Origin: Candidatus Versatilivorator sp.
GTDB taxonomy: Bacteria; Acidobacteriota; Terriglobia; Versatilivoradales; Versatilivoraceae
Direction of reading: 5' to 3'
DNA length: 64,000 nucleotides
Assembly (NCBI GenBank): GCA_965207735.1
Contig: OZ242296.1
Location: forward strand, 640,001 to 704,000
The translations under genes and the position numbers were made by a program. Numbering within the stretch: the first letter of the stretch is position 1; each line of letters opens with the position of its first letter. Shown here piece after piece: positions 10,216 through 18,832 of this stretch. The notes beneath the pieces are model-generated. The model was not told where the DNA came from. It made no database searches and was given only the letters and a program-made list of their open reading frames with translations.

Positions 10216-11384
10216 CGGTCTCAGTATCGCTTGGTGAAATCTGCAATTTCATAGGCGGAGGTACGCCGTCTCGCAAAATCAAAGAATACTGGAACGGTGA
10301 TATCCCTTGGGCCACCGTCAAAGATTTTCAATCAGATCGCATTTCTAAGACTCTGGAATTCGTCTCGCGAGAGGGATTGGAAAACTCAGCTTCTAAAGTG
10401 GTCCCGTCTGGAACCGTTCTTCTGGTCACGAGAGTCGGGTTGGGTAAGGTCGCAATTGCTGATGTCGATATTGCTATCAATCAGGACATCAAGGCCGTAT
10501 TTCCCTCCGAGGACATCTTGCCAGAGTTTTTGTTGTGGGCTTTGAAACATTTAGGTCCAAAGATAGAAGCCAAGGGGACAGGAGCGACGGTCAAAGGAGT
10601 CACCTTGCGAGATATCAAGGAAATGGAGGTCCCCCTCCCGCCGCTCGACGAGCAGAGGCGGATCGTCGGCATCTTGAACCGGGCGGCGAAGATCGAGCGG
10701 CTGCGAGCGAAGGCCGCCGACCGGTTGCGGGAATTCGTTCCCGCGCTGTTCATCAAGATGTTCGGCGGTCCGGTTGAGAATCCGATGGGGTGGGAGGTCC
10801 GCATGCTTGAAGAGATCTGTATTTCCGCCCAATACGGCACCAGCAAAAAGGCTTCAGAGCATGTTGGAGGCATACCAATATTGCGGATGGGTAATGTCAC
10901 CTACGATGGCTATCTGGATTGCGACTCAATAAATCTGAAATATGCCCAGCTTGAAGATAGCGAGATCAAGAAGTATGTGCTTCATTCTGGAGACATTCTT
11001 TTCAACAGGACAAACAGTAAGGATTTGGTCGGAAAGACCGGGATATGGGATGGACGCTTTGAAGCTGTTCCAGCCTCATATTTCATTCGTTTGCGAGTCG
11101 ATCACGCTGTGATTCACCCAACATATCTTTGGGCATTTATGAACTCGAGCGCCGTGAAGCAGCGCCTATTCGAAATGGCACGCGGAGCGATCGGGCAAGC
11201 GAATATCAACGCAAAGGAACTCAAATCGATACGAGTTCCGGTACCGTCAATTGACGAGCAGCTGCGATTTGCAAAGATGGTCGCTGTCGCTCGAACCGTC
11301 TCCAATCTCTGTGATTCCAGTTCCAACGTCGCATTGGCGCTGAGTACGTCTCTCATCGCCCGCGTGCTGGGTCAGACTGCATGA
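10212..11384 (+). CDS. hsdS: Type I R-M specificity subunit
   Basis: Two TRDs with conserved VPLPPLDEQRRIV and VPVPSIDEQ repeats; ATGA overlap with hsdM. Confidence 0.92.
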   Translation: MTVSVSLGEICNFIGGGTPSRKIKEYWNGDIPWATVKDFQSDRISKTLEFVSREGLENSASKVVPSGTVLLVTRVGLGKVAIADVDIAINQDIKAVFPSEDILPEFLLWALKHLGPKIEAKGTGATVKGVTLRDIKEMEVPLPPLDEQRRIVGILNRAAKIERLRAKAADRLREFVPALFIKMFGGPVENPMGWEVRMLEEICISAQYGTSKKASEHVGGIPILRMGNVTYDGYLDCDSINLKYAQLEDSEIKKYVLHSGDILFNRTNSKDLVGKTGIWDGRFEAVPASYFIRLRVDHAVIHPTYLWAFMNSSAVKQRLFEMARGAIGQANINAKELKSIRVPVPSIDEQLRFAKMVAVARTVSNLCDSSSNVALALSTSLIARVLGQTA

Positions 11385-11533
11385 CCGACATTGCGGACAA
11401 CAAGCGGCGAAGCGAGTCCATGGCGAGAATTCGCGGACGCGACAATGCTCCCGAGCTCGCGGCTCGCTGCATTGCTCACCCGATGGGAATGCGTTTCCCA
11501 CAGTGCCGCAAGGCCCACCCGGCCGCTCGGTAA
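11381..11533 (+). pseudogene. vsr: Truncated Vsr (very-short-patch repair endonuclease) remnant
   Basis: ATGA overlap with the hsdS stop. Translates MTDIADNKRRSESMARIRGRDNAPELAARCIAHPMGMRF.., matching the Vsr N-terminus, then stops after 50 aa. Confidence 0.7.
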
Positions 11534-11693
11534 TGGAAGTCTCGAGTCCTGGGATCGTCATTCAACCAACTCGGCCGACTAGCCTGCTCGCCGCTCAGCT
11601 TGGCGGAGATCCAGTCGATGCAGTAATATCGAAACCAATGGATCACCCCGTCGGATCCGGATAGGGCGATGATCTGGTAAACGGAGGTGTGAA

Positions 11694-12746
11694 ATGGTTC
11701 ACTTGAGCAAGTTTAGTGCCGTCCATTACCGCGGCATCGATGGTGTCTCTTTGCCTCATTTGTCCAAGGCCAACTTGGTCACGGGCGCAAATGGTGTCGG
11801 TAAGACAGCATTGATCGAGGCAATGTGGCTATTCACAGGACGACACAATCCCAGCTTACTGTGGAACGCGAACGTGCAGCGTACCTTTAGTCCGTCTGTG
11901 GATCCGATCTCCCGGCTGACCGACAGAGGGGTGGTGCTTCGCGGTGTAGAGAAGGGAACATGTCACGAAATAAAATTCGTTTTCGAGGGACTAGGTGGCG
12001 CTTCCCCAAACGTCAGGATCACAGGTACCCTCCAAGAGGATTCGAAGAGGCTACCTCCGGTTGTCGGATTCATCCGTACCTACCTTGACGGCAAGCTCTT
12101 GACGAAAGAGCCTGAGGGCATGCAACTAACGCCTTCAGGGGTAGTGCTACATCAATCCCCGAGAGCGTCAGTAGGACGTCCCAGCTGTGTCATCGAGAGC
12201 ACTAGATTTCAACATGAGACTCCGGCTGAGTACCTTCAGAGATACTCGAGTCTGGTCAGAGAAGGTCTCAAGAAGGAGCTAGTGAAAGCCATCAATCTGG
12301 TTGCGGAGGGAGTTGAGGACCTGGAGATGCTGACAGACGACACCGGGGAGTCGTATCTGTCAGCAACGATTACGGACGGAAAGCCACGACCACTTCACGA
12401 CCTCGGAGGTGGAGCTGTCAGACTGGTTCGACTGCTACTCGGCTTTTCTGCCGCCCGAGATGGTATTCTGCTGTCGGACGAATTGGAAAATGGTATCCAT
12501 CACTCCGCGCAGCGAGAAATTTGGGATAGAGCACGCCAATGGATGGATCAATGGAACGTGCAATTTGTAGCAACGACCCACAGTGGCGAGTTCATCGATG
12601 CGGCGATTGATGCCTTTGCTGATAACCCGAATGATCTGTCCATCCACAAGCTCTTCCGTAACGAGAATGCAGGACGAACGGAAGTTGCGACGTTCACCGG
12701 ACACGCACTCGCTGGGGCACGCGACCTAGACCTGGAGATCCGGTAA
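11694..12746 (+). CDS. ABC-type/AAA_15-21 predicted ATPase
   Basis: GANGVGKT, LGGG signature, LSDELENGIHH, ATTHS. Confidence 0.88.
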   Translation: MVHLSKFSAVHYRGIDGVSLPHLSKANLVTGANGVGKTALIEAMWLFTGRHNPSLLWNANVQRTFSPSVDPISRLTDRGVVLRGVEKGTCHEIKFVFEGLGGASPNVRITGTLQEDSKRLPPVVGFIRTYLDGKLLTKEPEGMQLTPSGVVLHQSPRASVGRPSCVIESTRFQHETPAEYLQRYSSLVREGLKKELVKAINLVAEGVEDLEMLTDDTGESYLSATITDGKPRPLHDLGGGAVRLVRLLLGFSAARDGILLSDELENGIHHSAQREIWDRARQWMDQWNVQFVATTHSGEFIDAAIDAFADNPNDLSIHKLFRNENAGRTEVATFTGHALAGARDLDLEIR

Positions 12747-13408
12747 TGTCGCAAGAAGGTGGGATCGGAGGTCGGAGAAAGAAACTGACAATTTGCTCCG
12801 ACTGGCTGTTGTTGGTCGAGGGTCAAGATGAGGTTAATTTGTTCTGTGCCTTGATGCGTCATTCGTTTGACAATGAGTTGAAAATTCAGGTGATCGATGC
12901 CGGGGGAAAAGACCAATTTCCTTCGAGACTGAAAGCGATACAAACCGAAGCGCAAATTCGCCCAACCCTCCAATCCATCGGCATCGTGCGAGACGCTGAC
13001 AACGACCCAAAAGGTGCCTTCGAAAGCGTTTGCAACGATCTTCGCAATGTTGGGTACAAACCGCCAGAGTCCCACCGAAGTTTTTCGAATGCCTTGCCTT
13101 CGGTTGGCGTGTTCATTGTGCCGGATGGTGTCGAGTGTGGGAGCTTAGAGACCTTATGCCGACGGTCTGTGGAAGGTTCGGACACGGCCCAGTGCGTTAA
13201 ACAGTATTTGGAATGCCTTGATAAGCACCACGCTATGGAATCGAAAAATAAAGACAAGAGCTTTGCTCACGCCTTTTTGGCTGCCATGCTTGATCCAGTG
13301 GCCCGAGTGGGAGAAGGTGCGCTCAAGGGCGTGTGGAACTTTGATTCTCCGGCTTTCCAAGACCTCCTTTGTTTCGTTCGCGCTCTGTCTTTACAAGCGA
13401 AATTATGA
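12746..13408 (+). CDS. DUF3226-like TOPRIM-fold protein
   Basis: LLVEGQDE, IVRDADND, GSLETLC; TAATG overlap with the ATPase. Confidence 0.75.
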   Translation: MSQEGGIGGRRKKLTICSDWLLLVEGQDEVNLFCALMRHSFDNELKIQVIDAGGKDQFPSRLKAIQTEAQIRPTLQSIGIVRDADNDPKGAFESVCNDLRNVGYKPPESHRSFSNALPSVGVFIVPDGVECGSLETLCRRSVEGSDTAQCVKQYLECLDKHHAMESKNKDKSFAHAFLAAMLDPVARVGEGALKGVWNFDSPAFQDLLCFVRALSLQAKL

Positions 13409-13471
13409 TCCGCTTGAAATGGGGTTGTGGGTCTCTTCTGCGAGATCCAGGCGATTTGCGTCAACTGAGTT

Positions 13472-14650
13472 TCACTTTTTCAGGTGATCCGCCCATTCCT
13501 GCATCATCTTGCGGCGCTTGGCAAAAAGATCGCCTCGACGGTAGGCGGCTTCCACCTTGTTTTCGATGGCATGGGCCAGGGCCATTTCCGCTACCTCCCG
13601 AGGGAAGCTGGAGACCTCCCCGGACCAGTCCCGGAAGGCGGAGCGGAATCCATGGGGCACGTAGTCTCCACGGGAACTGTTGACGCCGTAGCCCATGCCG
13701 CGCATCAGTTGCAGCAAGGCCATGTTCGACAGCGGCCTACCGTTTCGTGATCCCGGGAACACAAAGGGACAGCCTTCGATGCGGGGCAGGGCTTCCAGCG
13801 CCGTCATAGCAGAATCCGACAAGGGCACTCGATGTTCCCGGCGGGTCTTCATCCGCGAGGCCGGAACAGTCCATACGCCGGCAGGCAGGTCGATTTCCCT
13901 CCATTCGGCATGGAGGACCTCCAGAGTGCGGGTGGCGGTCAGGATCAAAAACTTCAGCGCCAGCGCCGACACACTCCCGTTTTGGGATAGCTCATCAAAG
14001 AACGCAGGCACTTCGGCATACGGCATGGCAGGGTGGTGAGCGACTTTCTTCACCCGCGAGGGCCTGGGTAGCAGCTTGTCTAGATGGCCGCGCCAACGGG
14101 CCGGATTGAGGGGATCGCGGTACTGATGCGCAGCTGCGAAGTCCAACACGTTTTCGATGCGCCCTTGGAGTCGCTTGGCCGTCTCGGTCTTGGTAGCCCA
14201 GATCGGTGAGAGGATCTGCAGGATGTCCTCGGTTGTGATAGCATTAACAAGTTTATTGCCGATGACAGGCCTTGCATAGGTCTTGAGCGTACTGACCCAT
14301 TGCCTCGCATGCTTGGCATTCTGCCAGCCGTGCCGATGGCCCCGGATATAGCGGGCGGCACAGGCGGTAAAAACAGGAATCCTCTTCGACTCCATTCGTC
14401 GGGCCTCAATGGGATCTGCGCCCTTGGCCACCTGCCTCCTGCACTTCAGGGCCAAGGCGCGGGCATCGGCCAGACCGGCACTCGGATAGCTGCCAAGCCC
14501 CATTTCCCGGCGTCTGCCGTGCAGGGTGTATCGCAAGACCCACTTTTTGGCACCGGACTTCGACACCACCAAGCGGAGTCCATAGCCGTCTTCGTACTTA
14601 CCCGGACCGGCGGTTGTCACCTTTCGCACAGAGAGTTTATGAATTGCCAT
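13472..14650 (-). CDS. P4-like tyrosine integrase with arm-binding domain
   Basis: DGYGLRL..SGAKKWVLRY arm domain; TATR, HGFRSAFRDW, LAH, AAYRR catalytic motifs. Confidence 0.93.
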   Translation of the reverse strand: MAIHKLSVRKVTTAGPGKYEDGYGLRLVVSKSGAKKWVLRYTLHGRRREMGLGSYPSAGLADARALALKCRRQVAKGADPIEARRMESKRIPVFTACAARYIRGHRHGWQNAKHARQWVSTLKTYARPVIGNKLVNAITTEDILQILSPIWATKTETAKRLQGRIENVLDFAAAHQYRDPLNPARWRGHLDKLLPRPSRVKKVAHHPAMPYAEVPAFFDELSQNGSVSALALKFLILTATRTLEVLHAEWREIDLPAGVWTVPASRMKTRREHRVPLSDSAMTALEALPRIEGCPFVFPGSRNGRPLSNMALLQLMRGMGYGVNSSRGDYVPHGFRSAFRDWSGEVSSFPREVAEMALAHAIENKVEAAYRRGDLFAKRRKMMQEWADHLKK

Positions 14651-14683
14651 TCCGTCCTCCTGTCAGTCAAAACTGTCGATGTG

Positions 14684-14826
14684 GTCCCCCACATAGTCCC
14701 CCAACAGGATTGGATTATAGCAGACGTCTCTGGATGGTGTAAAACATTAACATATTGATAATATTAATGTTTAAGGATTTTAGAGGATTCTGCTAGAGGC
14801 AATATCGGCGGACGCTCTCTCCGCCA
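14684..14826 (+). other. Putative attR region: arm repeats, IHF site and tRNA-Ser-like 3' end
   Basis: GTCCCCCA twice (14684, 14696); IHF consensus at 14748-14760; GGCGGA..TCCGCC hairpin ending CTCTCTCCGCCA. Confidence 0.55.
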
Positions 14827-14865
14827 GAACTTTTCGCTTCTCCCTGACCCGTGAGGAGAGCAACC

Positions 14866-15090
14866 ATGCCAATCTATGAATACGAGTGTGGAGACTGCGG
14901 TCGTCAATTCGAAAAGATTGTCTACCGGACGTCCAGTCCCGCCGCCTGCGACTCCTGCGGGAGCAGCCGGGTGGAGAAGCGTTACTCCGCCTTTGCTGTC
15001 GGCGCCGGCAACTCCATGGGGTCGGAAGCACCCTCGGGCTGCACGACCTGTGGCGCTGAACGCCCGGGGATGTGCCAGCAGATGAATTGA
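14866..15090 (+). CDS. FmdB-family zinc-ribbon protein
   Basis: MPIYEYECGDCGRQFE...CDSCGS; GAGGAG RBS. Confidence 0.85.
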   Translation: MPIYEYECGDCGRQFEKIVYRTSSPAACDSCGSSRVEKRYSAFAVGAGNSMGSEAPSGCTTCGAERPGMCQQMN

Positions 15091-15211
15091 GCCCCGCCGG
15101 CAAGACTGGCTTCATTGGGCGGTCAAGCCGGAAACCCAACCGCGGTTCGGAGAGGCAACCGGAGGAGACAGACTCCTGTACAGATGGCGTTCCATCACCG
15201 CCGCCCTGTTT

Positions 15212-16069
15212 TTGCTGATTGGGTGGGCTCCATTGGGATTACCTACCGATGCGCCGGTCCTGGTGGAAATCCCCTCCAAGGCGTTGGCGCCGGGAGACCT
15301 GCTGCAGGTTCGCCTGCACGCCCCGAATCCGATCGACCGGGTCGAGTGTTCCTTCATCGAGCAACCGGTGCGGTTTTATCCCATGGGGGACGGGAGACGG
15401 TGGGAGGCTCTGGCAGGGGTGGATCTGGAGGTCAAGCCGGGGCTTTATTCCTTGACCGGAACGGTATGGATGTCGGACGGCCGCTCCAAACCGCTCAAGA
15501 AGAGTCTGCGGGTTCTGTCCAAGAAATTTCCGATTCAGCGCATACGTGTCCGGCAGAAGTATGTCACCCTCAACCGGAGGGATTCCGAGAGGGCCGCCCG
15601 GGAACATCGGCAGTTGACCGAAATCTGGGAATCGGCCACGGCCCGAAGACTGTGGGCGGAGCCCTTCTTGAGGCCGGTTGCGAGCAAGCTGACCAGTGGT
15701 TTTGGCAGACGCAGGATTGTCAACGGGGAACCTCGCAGCCCGCATTCGGGAGTCGACCTGAAAGCCACCACCGGAACTCCCATCCGAGCCGCCAATTCGG
15801 GCAGGGTGGTGATGGCGAAAGATCTGTTTTTTGCCGGCAAGACCATCGTTTTGGACCATGGGCTGGGCCTCTATACCGTCTATGCCCACTGCTCGAAGAT
15901 GTACGCCAAGCCGGGAGACCCGGTGGGGCAGGGGGAAGTCATCGGGGAGGTGGGCGCCACCGGGCGGGTAACCGGCCCCCATTTGCACTGGGCCTGCCGG
16001 ATCAACGGCGCTCGCGTCAATCCACTCGATCTCACCACATTGATGTCCGCCCCCGATGCCGGACCGTAA
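15212..16069 (+). CDS. M23 family metallopeptidase (start uncertain)
   Basis: HSGVD, YAH, GPHLHW motifs. Confidence 0.85.
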   Translation: MLIGWAPLGLPTDAPVLVEIPSKALAPGDLLQVRLHAPNPIDRVECSFIEQPVRFYPMGDGRRWEALAGVDLEVKPGLYSLTGTVWMSDGRSKPLKKSLRVLSKKFPIQRIRVRQKYVTLNRRDSERAAREHRQLTEIWESATARRLWAEPFLRPVASKLTSGFGRRRIVNGEPRSPHSGVDLKATTGTPIRAANSGRVVMAKDLFFAGKTIVLDHGLGLYTVYAHCSKMYAKPGDPVGQGEVIGEVGATGRVTGPHLHWACRINGARVNPLDLTTLMSAPDAGP

Positions 16070-16158
16070 CTGCATCACCACCGCAAAAAGGGCGGTCCGC
16101 CGGTTTCCGTTGGCGGAAATCCTGGCGAGCCGTCGACCCACCGATTCGAATCAAGGCC

Positions 16159-16974
16159 ATGGAGTGGCGACCCGAAATCGACAGTAATCCCGTCATCACC
16201 CTGACAACCGACTTCGGGGTGGATGACCCCTACGTCGGCATGATGAAGGCGGTCATTCTCTCAATTGCCCCCGAGGTCAGGATCGTTGATCTGACCCACG
16301 GCATCGGCTCCCATGATGTGATGGAAGCCGCCCTGGTGATCGCGTCCGCCTACGCCTATTTTCCCAAGGGCGCCATTCACGTGGTAGTGGTGGACCCGGG
16401 AGTCGGCAGCCACAGGCGCCCCTTGCTGGTTGTCACCGAGAAGGGATACTTTGTGGCGCCCGACAACGGCGTGCTCAGCCGGATTCATGCCGGCTCTTCC
16501 CGGGTAGCCTGTCTGGAGCTGACGGCCGCGCGGTTCTTCCACCACCCAGTCAGCCAGACCTTTCACGGCCGGGATGTTTTCGCCCCGGTGGCGGCTTGGC
16601 TCAGCCGCGGCGTTGAACCGGCGCAATTCGGCAGCTCGATCAATAATTGGGTTTCCTTCGGCCTGCCGGAGGTGCGGAAGCTGGGGCGGGATGGTTTGAC
16701 GGGAACGGTTCTGCGCGTGGACAAGTTCGGAAACCTGATCACCAATCTCCGGATCGAGAAATTCCAGGACCGGCTGCAGTCGGGAAAGTTCAGCCTGAGC
16801 ATTGGCCCCCACCGGATCCACCAGTTGTGCCGGTCTTACCGCGAGGCTCGAGGTTCGGAACCCTTCGTGATCTGGGGCAGTCTGGGCCTGTTGGAGATTT
16901 CCTGCAATCGGGCTTCCGCCGCCAAGCACCTCCAGGCTGGCGTCCACGATGAGTTTGAGATGCGCTTCCAATGA
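16159..16974 (+). CDS. DUF62 SAM hydroxide adenosyltransferase (SAM hydrolase) family
   Basis: ITLTTDFG, VVDPGVGS.RR, TFHGRD, VDKFGN. Confidence 0.88.
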   Translation: MEWRPEIDSNPVITLTTDFGVDDPYVGMMKAVILSIAPEVRIVDLTHGIGSHDVMEAALVIASAYAYFPKGAIHVVVVDPGVGSHRRPLLVVTEKGYFVAPDNGVLSRIHAGSSRVACLELTAARFFHHPVSQTFHGRDVFAPVAAWLSRGVEPAQFGSSINNWVSFGLPEVRKLGRDGLTGTVLRVDKFGNLITNLRIEKFQDRLQSGKFSLSIGPHRIHQLCRSYREARGSEPFVIWGSLGLLEISCNRASAAKHLQAGVHDEFEMRFQ

Positions 16975-17226
16975 CGATTGGAACCCGCGGTGTGTCCGGG
17001 TGTGCCGAGGCGGGGCGGGCGAAGGTTGCGGCAGCCGGCGACGGGTCCCTGGCAGCCATGGGCGCCCGGCACTTTGTGTTACCGCAATACATCACAATCA
17101 GGCTAACAAGTTTCTGAAAACAAATGGCCTTTCATCATGAATCCAACGACTTGGCGAGACCTGCCGGCCAGGGGCATTAACCCATCTTTAACAAAGAAAC
17201 GGCCGATTTGAGGTATTTTACCCCCA

Positions 17227-18713
17227 GAGCCTTTTGCAAAATTCGGAATCGGGCATGACATTGGGCTGGCAACAGTGATGTTCCGGCGGTGACTACCCAG
17301 CTGCAAAGACCCTTTTGAAGGAAAAAGCCCGAATCTGATGGCCGGATGGCCAGCGGTCGCCGGACGCAGGCACAGCTTACCCTCTCCCGGCCTTGAGGCG
17401 GGCGAACCTGCTGTGCGGTTGGGGGTGGCAACCCGGTCTTCAGAGCGTCAGGCGCATCAACTGATCCACCGTCAGGGCCAGAATGCCGAACATCAGGTGG
17501 CACCTCACCTTGTCGGGGCCGCGAACCCTCACCTGCCTCCCGCCAAACTCCTCCTTGAGCCGTCCGTTGACCCGCTCCACCGTCGAGCGTTCCCGGTAGC
17601 GCCGCGCCTCGGGAGTCACTTGGCCGATACAGCGCCGGGCCAGTGCCTCCCGCTTCCGCTCGGCTTTCAAGGTAGCTCTTCGGCGGGGGTTGACGTCAAT
17701 AATCGGCACATGCCCCAGCTTCTCACTGAAGGCCCGGATCTCCGGCGCATCGTAGGCGCTGTCCATCAAGTCGTAGAGACTCTCGACCCGCCTTGCCGTC
17801 AGCGTCGCCAGCGGAATGGCTGCCTGAGAGTCATGCACCGAGGCCGAGGTCAGCAGACAACTGACCGGAATCCCGCCGTCAATGGCGTCGAGGTGTAGCT
17901 TGTAGCCGGTCCAGCTCTCCTGATGCCCCTTGGCGTTGCGCTTGACGCCGATGTCGCAGGCCTTGGGCAACTCCTTCAACATTTCCTCCAGCGTCATCGA
18001 CCCCTGCCGCTCCAGCCGGCTCAACCGCTTGGGCCGTCGCTCGCCCTTCGGCGGCCGGCCCCGCCGGCGTTTCCGCTTGGCCTCCGGCGCAGCCTTGGCC
18101 GCTGGCTTTTCCCGTCCCGCAATCGCCGTCGAGTCCCTCGACACATGCCCCGCCAAGTGGCCCTTCAGCGTCTCCTCCAGCAATGCCTCGTGCAAACGCC
18201 CCGGCAGGTCGCTCTCAGCGAATTCCGCAAAGGCCCGCGAGAAGGTCGACTCGCTCGGTACCTCCCACGCCCTCTCCCAGCCGCACAGCCGCCGCAGCCT
18301 CCCCTCACTCCTCAGCCGCTCCACCAATCCCCGCGTGGTCGCCACCTCCAGCATCGACTTCGCCAGATAGGCTCGCGCCAGCACTGCCCGATCCTCCAGC
18401 GGCCGGCCACGCCAGCCCCGACTGTAAGGCAGCAACTCCTCCACCCGCACCAACTCCAATACCTGCACCAGCCGCTGGTAACGCTCTCCCAGAGGCCCCA
18501 AAACTTCCTCCAGCAGGGGAAACAGCTCTCGTTGAAACCGGAACCAGTGTCGTGATAGGGTTTCCCTAAGGGGCAAGTTCCACCTCCGTTCATCATGTGG
18601 TTCAGACACCTTCATGATACAACAGACAGTGGTCTTGCCCCTCCTTCCACCTGCCCTCCTTGATCTTTCCCCACGTGAAAATTCCCGCTATCTGCGAATT
18701 TTGCAAAAGGCTC
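17227..18713 (-). mobile_element. IS5/IS1182-like IS, 1487 bp, nested inside IS1634
   Basis: Perfect 19-bp IRs GAGCCTTTTGCAAAATTCG; 4-bp target duplication CCCA (17223-17226, 18714-18717). Confidence 0.88.
17440..18615 (-). CDS. DDE transposase (IS5/IS1182-like)
   Basis: SRDSTAI, GYKLHL, HDSQ, MDSAYD, RSTVERVNGRLK. Confidence 0.9.
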   Translation of the reverse strand: MKVSEPHDERRWNLPLRETLSRHWFRFQRELFPLLEEVLGPLGERYQRLVQVLELVRVEELLPYSRGWRGRPLEDRAVLARAYLAKSMLEVATTRGLVERLRSEGRLRRLCGWERAWEVPSESTFSRAFAEFAESDLPGRLHEALLEETLKGHLAGHVSRDSTAIAGREKPAAKAAPEAKRKRRRGRPPKGERRPKRLSRLERQGSMTLEEMLKELPKACDIGVKRNAKGHQESWTGYKLHLDAIDGGIPVSCLLTSASVHDSQAAIPLATLTARRVESLYDLMDSAYDAPEIRAFSEKLGHVPIIDVNPRRRATLKAERKREALARRCIGQVTPEARRYRERSTVERVNGRLKEEFGGRQVRVRGPDKVRCHLMFGILALTVDQLMRLTL

Positions 18714-18832
18714 CCCATTTTAGCCTAAAACCACCCGTAAGTTGTTGATTCTTGGTTGAGGAGGTGAATGTAGTGCCATAATCGTATGGGATGGGCTTGA
18801 CCCCCTCTCTCTCCTCTGGTAGCGTCCCTCCC

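Larger units (their letters stand above)
1..14826. mobile_element. Integrative defence island (left end outside the window), bounded on the right by a tyrosine integrase and a putative attR
   Basis: Cluster of R-M, Mrr, TA and ATPase/TOPRIM genes. P4-type integrase at 13472-14650 points into the cluster. CTCTCTCCGCCA at 14815-14826 resembles a tRNA-Ser 3' end. Housekeeping-type genes follow. Confidence 0.75.

Noticed and set aside
15115-16158. 619-aa ORF suggesting a long N-terminal fusion to DUF62
   Set aside because: The upstream part is a shadow frame over the M23 peptidase gene.
16159-16974. Possible fluorinase/chlorinase
   Set aside because: It retains the Asp-Arg-His pattern (DPGVGS.RR, TFHGRD) of SAM hydrolases; halogenases lack the His.
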